64,000 nt of DNA from an uncultured Gemmatimonadaceae bacterium (GTDB lineage: Bacteria > Gemmatimonadota > Gemmatimonadetes > Gemmatimonadales > Gemmatimonadaceae). Made by a program: the position numbers and the translations under genes. The stretch lies in contig OY970320.1 in NCBI GenBank assembly GCA_963716745.1, positions 1,344,001-1,408,000 of the forward strand. Reading direction: 5' to 3'. Below, in pieces: positions 10,100 through 20,354 of the stretch. The notes below the pieces were generated by a model. The model was not told where the DNA came from, made no database searches, and was given only the letters and a program-made list of their open reading frames with translations. Each line of letters starts with the position of its first letter. Position 1 is the first letter of the stretch.

Positions 10100-11086
10100 A
10101 TGGCCCCCCGCAAAGTCCTCACCCAGATCGCCCCCGCGTCGTGGGAGCATCCCGCCGACCGCGCCGCGCTCAACACGCTGCGCGCGATCCCGGGCTTCGA
10201 CGAACTCGTGCGCAAGATCATGGGGATCATCGGCGAGCGCGGCGTGCGCCATCTGTTCACGGCGAGCGCGATGAAGGTCGGGCCGCGCCAGCGCCCCAAA
10301 CTCGACGCGCTCTACGCCGACGTGCTCACCTCGCTCGACTGGCCCGAACGCCCCGATCTTTACGTCGCGCAGACGCCGATCGCCAACGCGATGGCCGTCG
10401 GATTCGACAAACCGTTCATCGTGATCAACAGCGGCGCGCTCACGCTCCTCGACGACGACGAGAAGCGCGTGATCCTCGGCCACGAACTCGGCCACGTCAT
10501 GAGCGGCCACGCGACGTATACCACCATCGCGCTGCTCATCCTGCGGCTCGGATTCACCGCCGTGCCGGGGCTCGGACTCATCGCGCTCCCGATCCAGCTC
10601 GCACTCATGGAGTGGTATCGGAAAGCCGAACTCTCGAGCGATCGCGCGGGGCTGCTCTCCACGCAGGATCCGCTCGCGTCGATGCGCGTGTTCCTGCGAC
10701 TCTCCGGCGGCGCCGACGAGGGCGATAAGACGAGCCTCGATGAATTCCTCGTACAGGCGCGCGACTACGAGACCGGCGGCACCGCGTTCGACAATCTGCT
10801 CAAGCTGCTCAACGTCGCGTTCCAGTCGCATCCATTCGGCACCGTGCGCGCGGCGGAACTCCAGCGCTGGATCGAGAGCGGCGCGTACGACCGGATCCTC
10901 GGCGGCGAGTACCAGCGCCGCGGCGCCGCCGACCAGCGGCCGCTGAGCGAGGATTACGCCGAAGCGGGCGCGCACTACCGCGAACAGGCGCGCGGCGCGG
11001 TGGATCAGGTGGCAACGGCGGTCCGCAATATCGGCGATCTCGTGAGTGGCGCGTTCCGTTCGCCGGGAGAGCCGCCGCAGAAATGA
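10100..11086 (+). CDS. M48-family Zn metallopeptidase
   Basis: HELGH zinc motif, ELSSDRAG, SHP near the C-terminus. Confidence 0.9.
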   Translation: MAPRKVLTQIAPASWEHPADRAALNTLRAIPGFDELVRKIMGIIGERGVRHLFTASAMKVGPRQRPKLDALYADVLTSLDWPERPDLYVAQTPIANAMAVGFDKPFIVINSGALTLLDDDEKRVILGHELGHVMSGHATYTTIALLILRLGFTAVPGLGLIALPIQLALMEWYRKAELSSDRAGLLSTQDPLASMRVFLRLSGGADEGDKTSLDEFLVQARDYETGGTAFDNLLKLLNVAFQSHPFGTVRAAELQRWIESGAYDRILGGEYQRRGAADQRPLSEDYAEAGAHYREQARGAVDQVATAVRNIGDLVSGAFRSPGEPPQK

Positions 11087-12369
11087 AGGTGTTGATCGTA
11101 GGCGGCGGCGGCCGGGAGCACGCCGTCGCCTGGTGTCTGTCGCGCCGTCATCCTGGCATCGAGATCGTTTCCGCCCCGGGCAATCCGGGGCTCGCGCGCA
11201 TGGGACGATGTGTGGACATCGCGGCGAGCGATGTGCCCGCGCTCGTCGTGCTGGCGCAGCGCGAGAAGCCCGACCTCACATTCGTCGGACCCGAGGCGCC
11301 GCTCGCCGAGGGGATCGTGGACGCGTTCCGCGCGCACGGGCTGCCCGTGTTCGGCCCGACCGCGGCCGCCGCGCGCATCGAGAGTTCCAAGGCATTCGCG
11401 AAACAATTGATGATGGATGCCGGCGTGCCCACCGCGCGCGCCGAGCGGCACACGACGCTCGACGGCGCGCTGCACGCCATTCGGAGTTTCGGCGCGCCGG
11501 TGGTGATCAAGGCGTCGGGTCTCGCCGCGGGAAAGGGCGTGATCGTCTGCAACACCATGGAGGAGGCCGACCGCGCCGCGGTGTCGATGCTCTCCACGAA
11601 GACGTTCGGAGAGGCCGGCCTGGAAGTCCTCGTCGAGGAATTCATGGAAGGCGAAGAACTCTCGCTCTTCGCGTTGACCGATGGCACGCACGCGATCCCG
11701 ATGCTCGGCGTGCAGGATCACAAGCGGCTACTCAATGGCGACGAGGGCCCGAACACCGGCGGCATGGGCGCGTACGCACCGGTGAGTGTAGCGACTGAGG
11801 GAGTGGTACTCGAAGTGATGGAACGCATCGTGGCGCCGACGCTCGCGGCGATGCGCGTGCGCGGCACGCCGTTCACGGGACTGCTCTACGCGGGACTCAT
11901 GCTCACCGAGCGCGGCCCGCGCGTCGTGGAATTCAACGCGCGCTTCGGCGATCCGGAGACGGAAACGATCTTGCCGCTGCTCGAGAGCGATCTGCTCTCG
12001 CCGATGCTCGCCATCGCGCGCGGCGGGCCGATCAGCGGCACGCTCAAGTGGCGCGACGAGCACGCGGTCACCACCGTCGTCGCATCCACGGGCTATCCCG
12101 ACGCGCCGAAGAAGGGCGCGCGCATCACGCTGCCGCCGCCGTCGCCGGGCGTCACGATCTTCCACGCCGGCACCGCGGTGGATGCGGGCGGCCAGCTCGT
12201 CGTGGCCGGCGGCCGCGTGTTCGCCGTGACGGCCACCGCGAACACGCTCGCGGCCGCGCAGAAGGCGAGCGCCGAAGCGGCCGCGTCCATCCAGTTCGAC
12301 GGCAAGCAGTTCCGCACCGATATCGGCTGGCGCGAATTGCGTCGCAATGCCCGAGCTCCCGGAAACTGA
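11083..12369 (+). CDS. purD: Phosphoribosylamine--glycine ligase
   Basis: GGGGREHA, GLAAGKGV, QDHKR, GPNTGGMGAY, EFNARFGDPE. Confidence 0.98.
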   Translation: MKVLIVGGGGREHAVAWCLSRRHPGIEIVSAPGNPGLARMGRCVDIAASDVPALVVLAQREKPDLTFVGPEAPLAEGIVDAFRAHGLPVFGPTAAAARIESSKAFAKQLMMDAGVPTARAERHTTLDGALHAIRSFGAPVVIKASGLAAGKGVIVCNTMEEADRAAVSMLSTKTFGEAGLEVLVEEFMEGEELSLFALTDGTHAIPMLGVQDHKRLLNGDEGPNTGGMGAYAPVSVATEGVVLEVMERIVAPTLAAMRVRGTPFTGLLYAGLMLTERGPRVVEFNARFGDPETETILPLLESDLLSPMLAIARGGPISGTLKWRDEHAVTTVVASTGYPDAPKKGARITLPPPSPGVTIFHAGTAVDAGGQLVVAGGRVFAVTATANTLAAAQKASAEAAASIQFDGKQFRTDIGWRELRRNARAPGN

Positions 12370-13174
12370 GACCATCGCGCGCGGTCTCGACCGCGCGGTG
12401 AGCGGGGCCCGCATCACGAGTGTGACCGTCACCCATTCCGACGTGCTGCGCGAGATCTCGCCCAGCACGTTCAAGCGGCGCGTGAATGGCGCGGACATCG
12501 TTCGCACGACGCGCCGCGCGAAGCTCGTGGTGATCGAATTGGGCACGCGCGAGCGGATCGTGGTGCAGCCGCGCTTCACCGGCGCGCTCATCATCGATGC
12601 GGGCGACCTCCCCGATCGCGAGCGAGAATATTCGACGGTCGCGTTCGCCCTCGCCGACGGCCGCACCCTGCACTACCGCGATATTCGCCGGCTCGGCACG
12701 GTGATGCTCATGTCGCAGGCGCGCTGGAGCGAGTACGAGGGCGCTCTCGGGCCCGAGCCGCTTGACCGTTCGTTCACCCCGGCCCTATTATCGGGACTTC
12801 TTCGGGGGTCTCGACAGGCGGTGAAGAAGCTCCTCATGGACCAGCGCCGGCTCGCCGGCATCGGGAATATCTACGCGACCGAGGCGCTCTGGCGCGCCGC
12901 GATCGATCCGTCGCGCGCGGGCGAGACCGTGTCCGCTGAGGAGTCCCGAACGCTGCACGGTGCGATCGTCGGCGTGCTCACCGAATCCATCGCCGCGCGC
13001 GGCACCAGCTTCCGCGACTATCGCGACGCCACCGGCGAGCGCGGCGAATTCGCATCGCAACTCGCCGCGTACGGCCGCGAGGGCGAGCCGTGCAAGCGCT
13101 GCGGCGCGAAGCTCGTCAGTACGCAGGCGATCGACGGCCGCGCCACGGTTTTTTGCGCGCACTGCCAGCGGTGA
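12347..13174 (+). CDS. mutM: Formamidopyrimidine-DNA glycosylase
   Basis: N-terminal MPELPE, GIGNIYA H2TH motif, C-terminal CxxC...CxxC zinc finger. Confidence 0.96.
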   Translation: MPELPETETIARGLDRAVSGARITSVTVTHSDVLREISPSTFKRRVNGADIVRTTRRAKLVVIELGTRERIVVQPRFTGALIIDAGDLPDREREYSTVAFALADGRTLHYRDIRRLGTVMLMSQARWSEYEGALGPEPLDRSFTPALLSGLLRGSRQAVKKLLMDQRRLAGIGNIYATEALWRAAIDPSRAGETVSAEESRTLHGAIVGVLTESIAARGTSFRDYRDATGERGEFASQLAAYGREGEPCKRCGAKLVSTQAIDGRATVFCAHCQR

Positions 13175-14336
13175 GCAAGCGCGCCGAGAAGCAGCTCGAG
13201 GCCGCGGCGCAGGCGGCGCACGTTGCGAGGCTCAAGGCGCACGTGCGCGCGAACGCCGAGGATCGTCCCGGCGTGTACCGCATGCACACCGACGACGGCG
13301 AAGTGTTGTACGTGGGGAAATCCAAGAAGGTGCGCTCGCGGCTGCTGAGTTATTTCCGGCTGCCCTTCCCCGAGGAGAAGGGCGCGCGCTTGGTGCGCGA
13401 GGCGGCGCGCATCGACTGGGACTACGTGCCGAGCGAATTCGCGGCGCTGCTTGCTGGAGCTGCAGCAGGTGAAGCGCCTGCGCCCGCGATTCAACTTCAT
13501 GCTCAAGCGCGACGCGCGGCATTTCGCGTTCATCAAGCTGTCGCGTCCGCCGGCGCCGCGTCTCATGGTGGTGCGCGGCGCGAGCGACGATCGCGCGACG
13601 TACTACGGCCCGTTCCAGGGCGCGCGCAACGTCGCCGAGATCCGTGCGCGAACTGTCCGACGTGCTCGGCCTTCGCGATTGCACCCTGGATTCGCGCATG
13701 CGCTTCGCGGATCAGGCCGAGTTGTTCTCCATCACGCCGCGCACGCCCGGCTGCATCCGCTACGAGATCAGGAAATGTCTCGGCCCGTGCGTCACCGCGT
13801 GCACCGAGGGTCAGTACGATGAGCGCGTCGTGCTCGCGAAAGCGTTCCTCGATGGCGCCGACGACACGCCGGTGGATTCATTGCGCCTCGAGATGCTCCG
13901 CGCGAGCGCCGAACTCGAATACGAACGCGCCGCAGCCATGCGCGACAAACTCGAGCGACTGGAAGCGCTCAGAGATCAGTTCGAGCGCCTGCGCTTCGCC
14001 GTGGAGAGTTTGAGCTTCAGTTATCACGTTCCCGGCTGGAACGGCGAGGACCGCGTCTATCTCATCCGTAAGGGCCGCGTGCGCGCCGAGGGCGCGCCGC
14101 CGGTAAGCGCGAAGGAGAAGCGCCACCACGCGCTCGTGATGGAGGAAGTGTTCGGTACGCGCGAGAGCGAAGGCGCGCGGTTGCCCACCCACGAGATCGA
14201 TGAGTTGTTATTGCTGAGCTGGTGGTTCCGCACCCACCCCGATGAGATGGACCGCACGACGCCCGTGAAATCCCCACGCTCCAAGCGCGTGCGCGTCGTG
14301 CCCGAAGCTCACGCGATCGAGGAACGAATCGCGTAG
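13171..14336 (+). CDS. Short UvrC/Cho-like GIY-YIG nuclease with UVR domain (indels near 13451 and 13642)
   Basis: PGVYRM...LYVGKS..VRSRLLSYF, PRFN, YYGPF, Cys cluster (C...CIRYEIRKCLGPC...C), LEYERAAAMRD. No RNase H or HhH C-terminal half. Confidence 0.85.
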
Positions 14337-14376
14337 GGCGCACGGAACTCGCAGTCCCCAACGCCAATCCCCAACG

Positions 14377-14446
14377 CGCCGTTCGCGGTACCAGTCCCGC
14401 CGTTTGCGGTACCACCACGCCGTCCGCGGTTCCACTCACGCCGTCA
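14377..14446. repeat. Tandem 20-21-bp repeat, about 3.3 copies
   Basis: CGCCGTTCGCGGTACCAGTCC / CGCCGTTTGCGGTACCACCA / CGCCGTCCGCGGTTCCACTCA / CGCCGTCA, between convergent genes. Confidence 0.75.
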
Positions 14447-15231
14447 GTCGTTCAGCCCATCCCCCGACTGCTCCGGAATGAAGAACTCCACATCCCGATA
14501 AACCACCGACCTTTCCTTCTTCCCGTCGAACTCCGCCGGTAAGTATTTCAAGGTCGCGAGATAGTCCAACGTCGCATCCCCGAACGCATCGCTTGTCTCC
14601 GTGAGCACCTTGATGCTCGCCGTGTCCACCACACCATCCGTATCCACCACGAACGATGTATGGATGATCGTCCGCGCGCGCGAGAGCGTTTCCGTGATCG
14701 GATACACCGTCTTCGGGCTGTTCGGGTATTCCACCGCGTCGCAGGAATCGTGCGTGATCAGGAACTTGCTGCCGTCCTGCTTGTGCCCAATGGAAATGAA
14801 AACGTTGAGCGAATCGGGCACCACCATCGGCATCGAATCGAGCAGCGCATCGTTGGGCCCGATCGACAGCGCTCGCTGCGCGTCGAGGTCGAAGCCCGCG
14901 CGCCCCGACGGCTGCATCAGCCGCACACCGCTCACGGATCCGTCGCGCATCACCTTCGCCGCGAAATACGCCACCAGCGCGGCGCTGTCCTTCACCACGT
15001 GCGTGAGCCGGCGTTCCATGCTGTTCGCGAGCTGCGCCAGATACGCGTCGCCGCCCGTTCCCCTATATCGATGGTCCGCGGTGAGGATCAGGATCCCCTC
15101 GCTCTCCCAATGCAGGCACTTGCGCGTGATCACCTGGCCGCCGGGAAGCTTCACCTCGCGCGCGAGCGTGTCCTGCGCGAGCGCGCTGCCCGCCAGGATC
15201 GAGATCCCGCCAATGCTAGCAAGAGCCGCAT
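14444..15231 (-). CDS. Exported protein with two TonB/TolA C-terminal-like domains (probable indel near 15207)
   Basis: RDGSVSGVRLMQPSGRAGFD and YP...SFVVDTDGVVDTASIKVL...YLPAEFDGKK. Restoring one G gives the signal peptide MRLLLALAGISILAGSALAQ from ATG 15231. Confidence 0.75.
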
Positions 15232-15260
15232 AACACGCCACTCCATTCCGAAAGTCTCCC

Positions 15261-15737
15261 TCACGGCGCGAGCGCGACGATCTCCGCGCTCACCACGCCC
15301 TCCACAATCGTCAGCCGCGCCACGCTCGGCAAGAGGTCGAATCGCCTCGCGCCGGCCGCGCCGGGATTGACCACGAGCCGCCCTCCCGAGCGCCCGATGA
15401 ACTGCCGGTGCGTGTGACCGTGCACGATCACGTCCGCATCGTATGCCGCCAGCAATTTCGGCAGCGTCGGACTCCCCAATTCGTGCCCGTGACTCACGTG
15501 CACGCGCACCCCGCCAATGGTACGGTCGATCCGATCCAGCAGCACGGGTTGCCCCGGTGGATCGGTGTTGCCGCGCACCGCGGTCACCGGCGCGATGAGC
15601 GCGAGCTCGTCGAGTATCGACGGCGGCCCCACATCGCCCGCATGCAGGATGAGGTCCACGCCCGCGAACGCATCGTGCACGTCCGCGCGCAACAGCCCGT
15701 GCGTGTCGCTGATCAGTCCGACGACGATCCGCTCCAC
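15261..15737 (-). CDS. YfcE/MJ0936-family metallophosphoesterase
   Basis: SDTHG, HAGD, GNTD, HGH, GHTH, NPG motifs. Confidence 0.93.
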   Translation of the reverse strand: MERIVVGLISDTHGLLRADVHDAFAGVDLILHAGDVGPPSILDELALIAPVTAVRGNTDPPGQPVLLDRIDRTIGGVRVHVSHGHELGSPTLPKLLAAYDADVIVHGHTHRQFIGRSGGRLVVNPGAAGARRFDLLPSVARLTIVEGVVSAEIVALAP

Positions 15738-16319
15738 CGCCGCCCCAATGTGTGCTCCACGCCGAGTTGGTCGAGCACGCGCGCGACGATGAAATCCACG
15801 AGATCGCTCACCGCCGCGGGGCGGTGATAGAATCCGGGCGCAGCCGGCATTACCACGGCGCCCGCGTTCGTGACGCGCAACATGTTCTCCAGGTGGATAG
15901 CCGACAGCGGCGTCTCGCGCGTGACGAGCACGAGCTTGCGGCGTTCTTTAAGCGCGACGTCCGCCGCGCGCTCCACGAGCGAGCGGCTCGTGCCCGCCGC
16001 TACCGCCGCGAGCGTGCCCATGCTGCACGGACAGATCACCATGCCGGCGTTCCGCGCCGATCCGCTCGCCGGCGCCGCGCCGCGATCGCCATCGTCGAAT
16101 ACGGTGACGATGCCCTTCCATGCCTTGCCGCCGCTCTTCGCCTGCAGCGCCGCGAGGTCGCGCGATCCCGGTCTCGGTGTCGAGCAGCCGCCACCCGTGC
16201 GCGCTCACGATGAGCTGCACCGGCTGCTTCGCGCGCACGAGCTGCTCGAGCAGCTTCACCGCGTACGGCGCGCCCGACGCGCCCGTCACCGCCATCACTA
16301 GCGGCAGCTTCGTGCTCAT
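15713..16319 (-). CDS. ubiX: Flavin prenyltransferase (indel near 16160)
   Basis: VTGASGA, ASGS, PCSMGTL, RETPL, PGFYHRP. Confidence 0.95.
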
Positions 16320-17212
16320 CTCGAGATCAACCGCTCCGCGAGCACGAAGCCGAAGAAGGTGAGACTGATCACGCCGTTCATCGTGAAGAACGCCGCATCG
16401 AGCCGCGACAGATCGCCCGGCTTCACGAGCGAGTGCTCATACAGCAGCAGGGCGGCGACCACCACCACGCCCGCCGCGTAGATCGCGCCGGCGCCGGTGC
16501 CGATACCGACCAGCGCGAGGGCGATCACGGTGCCCGCGTGCATCACACGCGCGATCGTGATCGCGCGCCCTTCACCGAGCCCTGCCGGAATAGAGTGGAG
16601 CGCGTGCGCGCGGTCGAACTCAATGTCCTGCAGCGAATAGAGGATGTCGAAGCCGCCCACCCACGTCATCACCGCCGCCGCGAGCATCACGAGTACCCAC
16701 CACGGCATGCTCCACGCGCCCGTGATCGCGATATACCCGCCCACCGGCGCGATGCCCAGACCGAGTCCCAGCACCACGTGCGCGAGTCGCGTGAACCGCT
16801 TCGTGTAGCTGTAGAAGAACACCCACGCGAGCGCCGCCGGCGCGAGATAGAAGCAGAGTTGATTCAGCTCCCACGCCGCGAACACGAACAGACCCGACGC
16901 GATCACCACCGCCGCGGTGGCCTCCGCTAGTCCGATGATCCCCGCGGGGATCTCGCGCTTCGCCGTGCGCGGATTCAGCGCGTCGATCTCGCGGTCCGCG
17001 ATGCGGTTGAAGCCCATCGCCGCGAATCGCGCCGCCGTGAACGCCACCGTCACCCAGCCCACCTGCACCCAGCGCACCGGCGCGATCGCGCTCGCGAGCA
17101 CCACGCCCACCAACGCGAACGGCAGCGCGAACAGCGTGTGCGGGAGCTTCACGAAGTTCACGTAGTCCACGACGCGCGAGTGCGACGCGTACGTCTGGCC
17201 TTCGCGCGTCAT
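16316..17212 (-). CDS. ubiA: UbiA-family polyprenyltransferase (MqnP-like)
   Basis: HTLFALPFA, NRIADREIDALNPRT, YSYTKRF, FDILYSLQDIEFD. Confidence 0.9.
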   Translation of the reverse strand: MTREGQTYASHSRVVDYVNFVKLPHTLFALPFALVGVVLASAIAPVRWVQVGWVTVAFTAARFAAMGFNRIADREIDALNPRTAKREIPAGIIGLAEATAAVVIASGLFVFAAWELNQLCFYLAPAALAWVFFYSYTKRFTRLAHVVLGLGLGIAPVGGYIAITGAWSMPWWVLVMLAAAVMTWVGGFDILYSLQDIEFDRAHALHSIPAGLGEGRAITIARVMHAGTVIALALVGIGTGAGAIYAAGVVVVAALLLYEHSLVKPGDLSRLDAAFFTMNGVISLTFFGFVLAERLISR

Positions 17213-18699
17213 TTCGGCTTCACCGCGCCAATGCCCAGCTGTGCCCATACGCTATCTACGCGCTTCTTCGTCTCGTCATCCATCGTCATCAGTTCCGGCC
17301 ACTCGCGCACGAACCCCTCCTCCGGCCACTTCTGCGTCGCGTCGAAGCCGATCTTCGATCCGAACGTGAACGCCCGGCTCGAATGATCCAGCACGTCGAT
17401 CGGCCCCATGGAGAATCGCGCGTCGCGCTGCGGGTCGATGTTGTTCAGCGCCACCCACCAGGCTTCCTTCTCGTCGCGCACGTTCACCCATTTGTCCACC
17501 ACCACCAGCACCTTCGCGAGCGACATCAGCCCCGCGCCCCACATCGCGTTCATCACCTTGTACGCCTGCCCCGGGAATTGCTTGTCGATCGACACGAAAA
17601 CGAGATTGTGGAAGATCCCTTCCGCCGGCATGTGATAGTCCACGATCTCCGGCACGGTGAGCTTGATGAGCGGCAGGAAGATCCGCTCCGTCGCATGCCC
17701 GAGATAATAATCTTCCATGGGCGGACGGCCCACGATCGTCGTCGCGTACACCGGCTTCTTGCGCATCGTGATCGCCGTGACGTTCACCGCCGGATAGAGA
17801 TCCGCCAGCGAATAGAATCCCGTGTGATCGCCGAACGGCCCCTCGGTCACGAGCGGTTCGCGCGGATCGATCTCGCCTTCGATCACGATCTCCGCATGGC
17901 TCGGCACTTCCAGGTCGCACGTGAGCGCCTTCGTGAGGGACACCGGAGAGCTTCTAAGGAATCCCGCGAACAGGAACTCGTCGACGGTGGGCGGCAGCGG
18001 CGCCGACGCCGAGTACACGCTCGCGGGATCAGCGCCGATCACGATGCACACCGGCATCTTCTCGCCGCGTTCCGCCATCTCGCGCCAATGCGCGGCGCCC
18101 ACCTTGTGGCGCTGCCAATGCATCGCGAGCCGGTTCTTGCCGATGACCTGCACGCGGTACATGCCCACGTTGCGAATGCCGCGCTTGGGGTCCTTCGAGA
18201 TCACCATCGGCAGCGTGATGTACGCGCCGCCATCCTTCGGCCAGCAGGTGATGATCGGCAGCTTGCCGAGATCGATGTCGGCGCCGCGCCACACCACGTC
18301 CTGACATGCCTGCTTCCCGCCGTGCACCTTCGGAGGGAATTTCCCCACCTCGAGCAGCCGCGGCAGCAGCGACAACTTTCCGAGGATCCCCTCGGGCACC
18401 TTCATCTCGAGCAGCTCCGTGATCCGCGCGCCGATCTTGTCGAGATCGTCCGTGCCGAGCGCGAGCGCCATGCGCTTCATGCTGCCGAAGAGATTGATCG
18501 CGACGGGGAATTCCGAGCGGGAACCGTCGTCCAGCAGCACATGCTCGAAGAGCAGCGCCGGCCCGCCGCCGGGCATCTTCATCGCACGGTCGGCGATCTC
18601 CGTGATCTCGAGCTTCGCGCGGACCGGATGCTTCACATGGACGAGTTCGCCGGCCTCATCGAGCGCCTCGATGAATTCCTGGAGTGAGTCGAGAGTCAC
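17209..18699 (-). CDS. ubiD: UbiD-family menaquinone-biosynthesis decarboxylase (MqnL-like)
   Basis: RNVGMYR, EGPFGDHTGFY, EGIFHN, DVLDH. Clustered with ubiA, ubiX and ubiE. Confidence 0.93.
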   Translation of the reverse strand: MTLDSLQEFIEALDEAGELVHVKHPVRAKLEITEIADRAMKMPGGGPALLFEHVLLDDGSRSEFPVAINLFGSMKRMALALGTDDLDKIGARITELLEMKVPEGILGKLSLLPRLLEVGKFPPKVHGGKQACQDVVWRGADIDLGKLPIITCWPKDGGAYITLPMVISKDPKRGIRNVGMYRVQVIGKNRLAMHWQRHKVGAAHWREMAERGEKMPVCIVIGADPASVYSASAPLPPTVDEFLFAGFLRSSPVSLTKALTCDLEVPSHAEIVIEGEIDPREPLVTEGPFGDHTGFYSLADLYPAVNVTAITMRKKPVYATTIVGRPPMEDYYLGHATERIFLPLIKLTVPEIVDYHMPAEGIFHNLVFVSIDKQFPGQAYKVMNAMWGAGLMSLAKVLVVVDKWVNVRDEKEAWWVALNNIDPQRDARFSMGPIDVLDHSSRAFTFGSKIGFDATQKWPEEGFVREWPELMTMDDETKKRVDSVWAQLGIGAVKPK

Positions 18700-19434
18700 G
18701 CCGCCTCGCCCCAGTGGATCGCCGCGGTCCCCATCGTGAGCCGCCGGTAGCCGACGTTCACCAAACCCGCCCCACGCATGCGCTCGGCGAGCCGGTCGGC
18801 ATCCGGGAAATTCTGAACCGACTTCGGGAGATAACTGTACGCCGTCTTGTGCCCGCTCACGACGCGACCGATCAGAGGCAAGACGTGCTGGAAATAGAGA
18901 TCATAGAACGCGCGCACCGCGGCATTCGGCGGCTCCGAACACTCGAGTACGACAAGACGCGCGCCTTTCTTCAGCACGCGTCGAAGTTCGCGCAGCCCCG
19001 CATCGATGTCCGTGTAATTCCGCACGCCGAATCCGACCAGCGCGCCGGAGCCGACCCCATCGCGCAGCGGCAGCCTCAGCGCATCCGCAACGACCGCCCG
19101 CACCGGCAGTCCAACAGTCTTCGCGACCCCGCCGCGCAGCATCGGCTCCGCGAAATCGGCACAGATCACCGAGCCCGAGAACCCCGTACGCGCCGCCAAT
19201 TCCGCGCCGAGATCCATCGTTCCCGCGCACACATTGAGATAGGTCCCCGACGGATCACGCGCGATCTGCAGCGCATCGATCGCCTTCCGCCTCCAGCCGC
19301 GATCGAGATTCACGCTGAGCAGATGATTCAGGAGATCATAACTCGGCGCGATCTCCGAGAACGTCCTCTGCACATACGCGCGCTTCGAGACGCCGCCTTC
19401 TGCGGCCTCTCGGGCTGCGCGCTCCTCGCGTCAT
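18696..19434 (-). CDS. ubiE: Ubiquinone/menaquinone C-methyltransferase; true start probably ATG 19434 with a nearby indel
   Basis: FSEIAPSYDLLNHLLS, DALRLP, FGVRN, YSYLPKSV. The frame stays open upstream of the tracked start (REERAAREAAEGGVSKRAYVQ). Confidence 0.9.
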
Positions 19435-19495
19435 CAAAGACATGTGCGAAAGGTGCCCGGCGCGCGAGAGACATATGCAAGCGCCGTAAGGCAGC

Positions 19496-19630
19496 CTGTG
19501 GATCATGTAAGTCCTGCCAAAAAGCGCGTTTGACAGGATTGAGCATGATGGTTCGAGATGTGAACTGCCCCGGCGGCCGCAGTCCGCCGAGCGCAGTTCC
19601 AATCATGCTCCAGTCATGTTAATCCTGTCA
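19496..19630. repeat. GACAGGATT-type palindromic element plus an extra arm, in the divergent promoter region
   Basis: TGACAGGATTGAGCATGA (19531) pairs with TCATGTTAATCCTGTCA (19630); internal hairpin GAACTGC..CGGCGG/CCGCCG..GCAGTTC; another arm GATCATGTAAGTCCTGCCA at 19501. Confidence 0.65.
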
Positions 19631-19704
19631 CAGCAGTTAGTTGTCTTCGTGGCTGGCTGCGGTACTACGCCATGGGCTCGTAACGTGTAACCCTCGAGCC
19701 CCGC

Positions 19705-20304
19705 ATGGCCAGTCTCGATCTCGTCAATCTCCCCGACGCCGATCTCGCCGCCCTCGCGCGAGAAGGTAAAGAGCCCGCGTTCCGGGAGCTGGTGCGGCGC
19801 TATGAGCGTCCTGTCTTCTCGCTGATCTTCCGCATGGTCCGCGATCGCGAGACCGCCGAGGATCTCGCGCAGGAGACGTTCATCAAGGTCCTCAATCACA
19901 TCGACCGCTACCGCCCCGAATTCAAGTTCTCGAGCTGGCTCTTCAAGATCGCGAACAATCTCACGATCGATTTCCTCCGCAAACGCCAACTCAAAACCGT
20001 AAGCATCGACGGCTCCCCGCACGCCGCCACCGCAGCGGAGGCCGAGGCCAGCGCGTTCGATGTCGAGAGTCGCGGCGAGACGGCGCTCGAGGAGATGGAA
20101 TCCAAGGAACTCGGCGGCGCGATAGAAAAAGCCATCGCGAAACTGCGCCCCGAGTATCGCGCCTGCATCCTGCTGCGCCATGTAGAAGACCGTTCCTACG
20201 AGGAGATCGCGGCCACTCTCGATCTCCCTCTGGGAACCGTGAAAACGTACATCCACCGCGCCCGTCACGAGCTCAGAGAGGCCCTTTCCGGCCTCCGAAC
20301 ATAG
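19705..20304 (+). CDS. ECF sigma-70 factor (SigW/RpoE-like)
   Basis: Region 2 AEDLAQETFIK...FSSWLFKIANN; region 4 SYEEIAATLDLPLGTVKTYIHRAR. Confidence 0.95.
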   Translation: MASLDLVNLPDADLAALAREGKEPAFRELVRRYERPVFSLIFRMVRDRETAEDLAQETFIKVLNHIDRYRPEFKFSSWLFKIANNLTIDFLRKRQLKTVSIDGSPHAATAAEAEASAFDVESRGETALEEMESKELGGAIEKAIAKLRPEYRACILLRHVEDRSYEEIAATLDLPLGTVKTYIHRARHELREALSGLRT

Positions 20305-20318
20305 CCCGAATCTCCGTC

Positions 20319-20345
20319 TGAAACTCGCTGCATTCTCAACCCGTA
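20319..20345 (+). promoter_or_regulatory. SigW-type ECF promoter (TGAAAC-N17-CGTA)
   Basis: TGAAAC at 20319-20324 and CGTA at 20342-20345, between the sigma and anti-sigma genes. Confidence 0.6.
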
Positions 20346-20354
20346 GAGGTACCC

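Noticed and set aside
14377..14446. Mini CRISPR array
   Set aside because: Repeats are contiguous and degenerate, with no spacers and no cas genes.
19220..19245. Inactive UbiE because the SAM motif reads YLNVCAG instead of LDVCAG
   Set aside because: A single-base difference in an error-prone sequence; the rest of the protein is intact.
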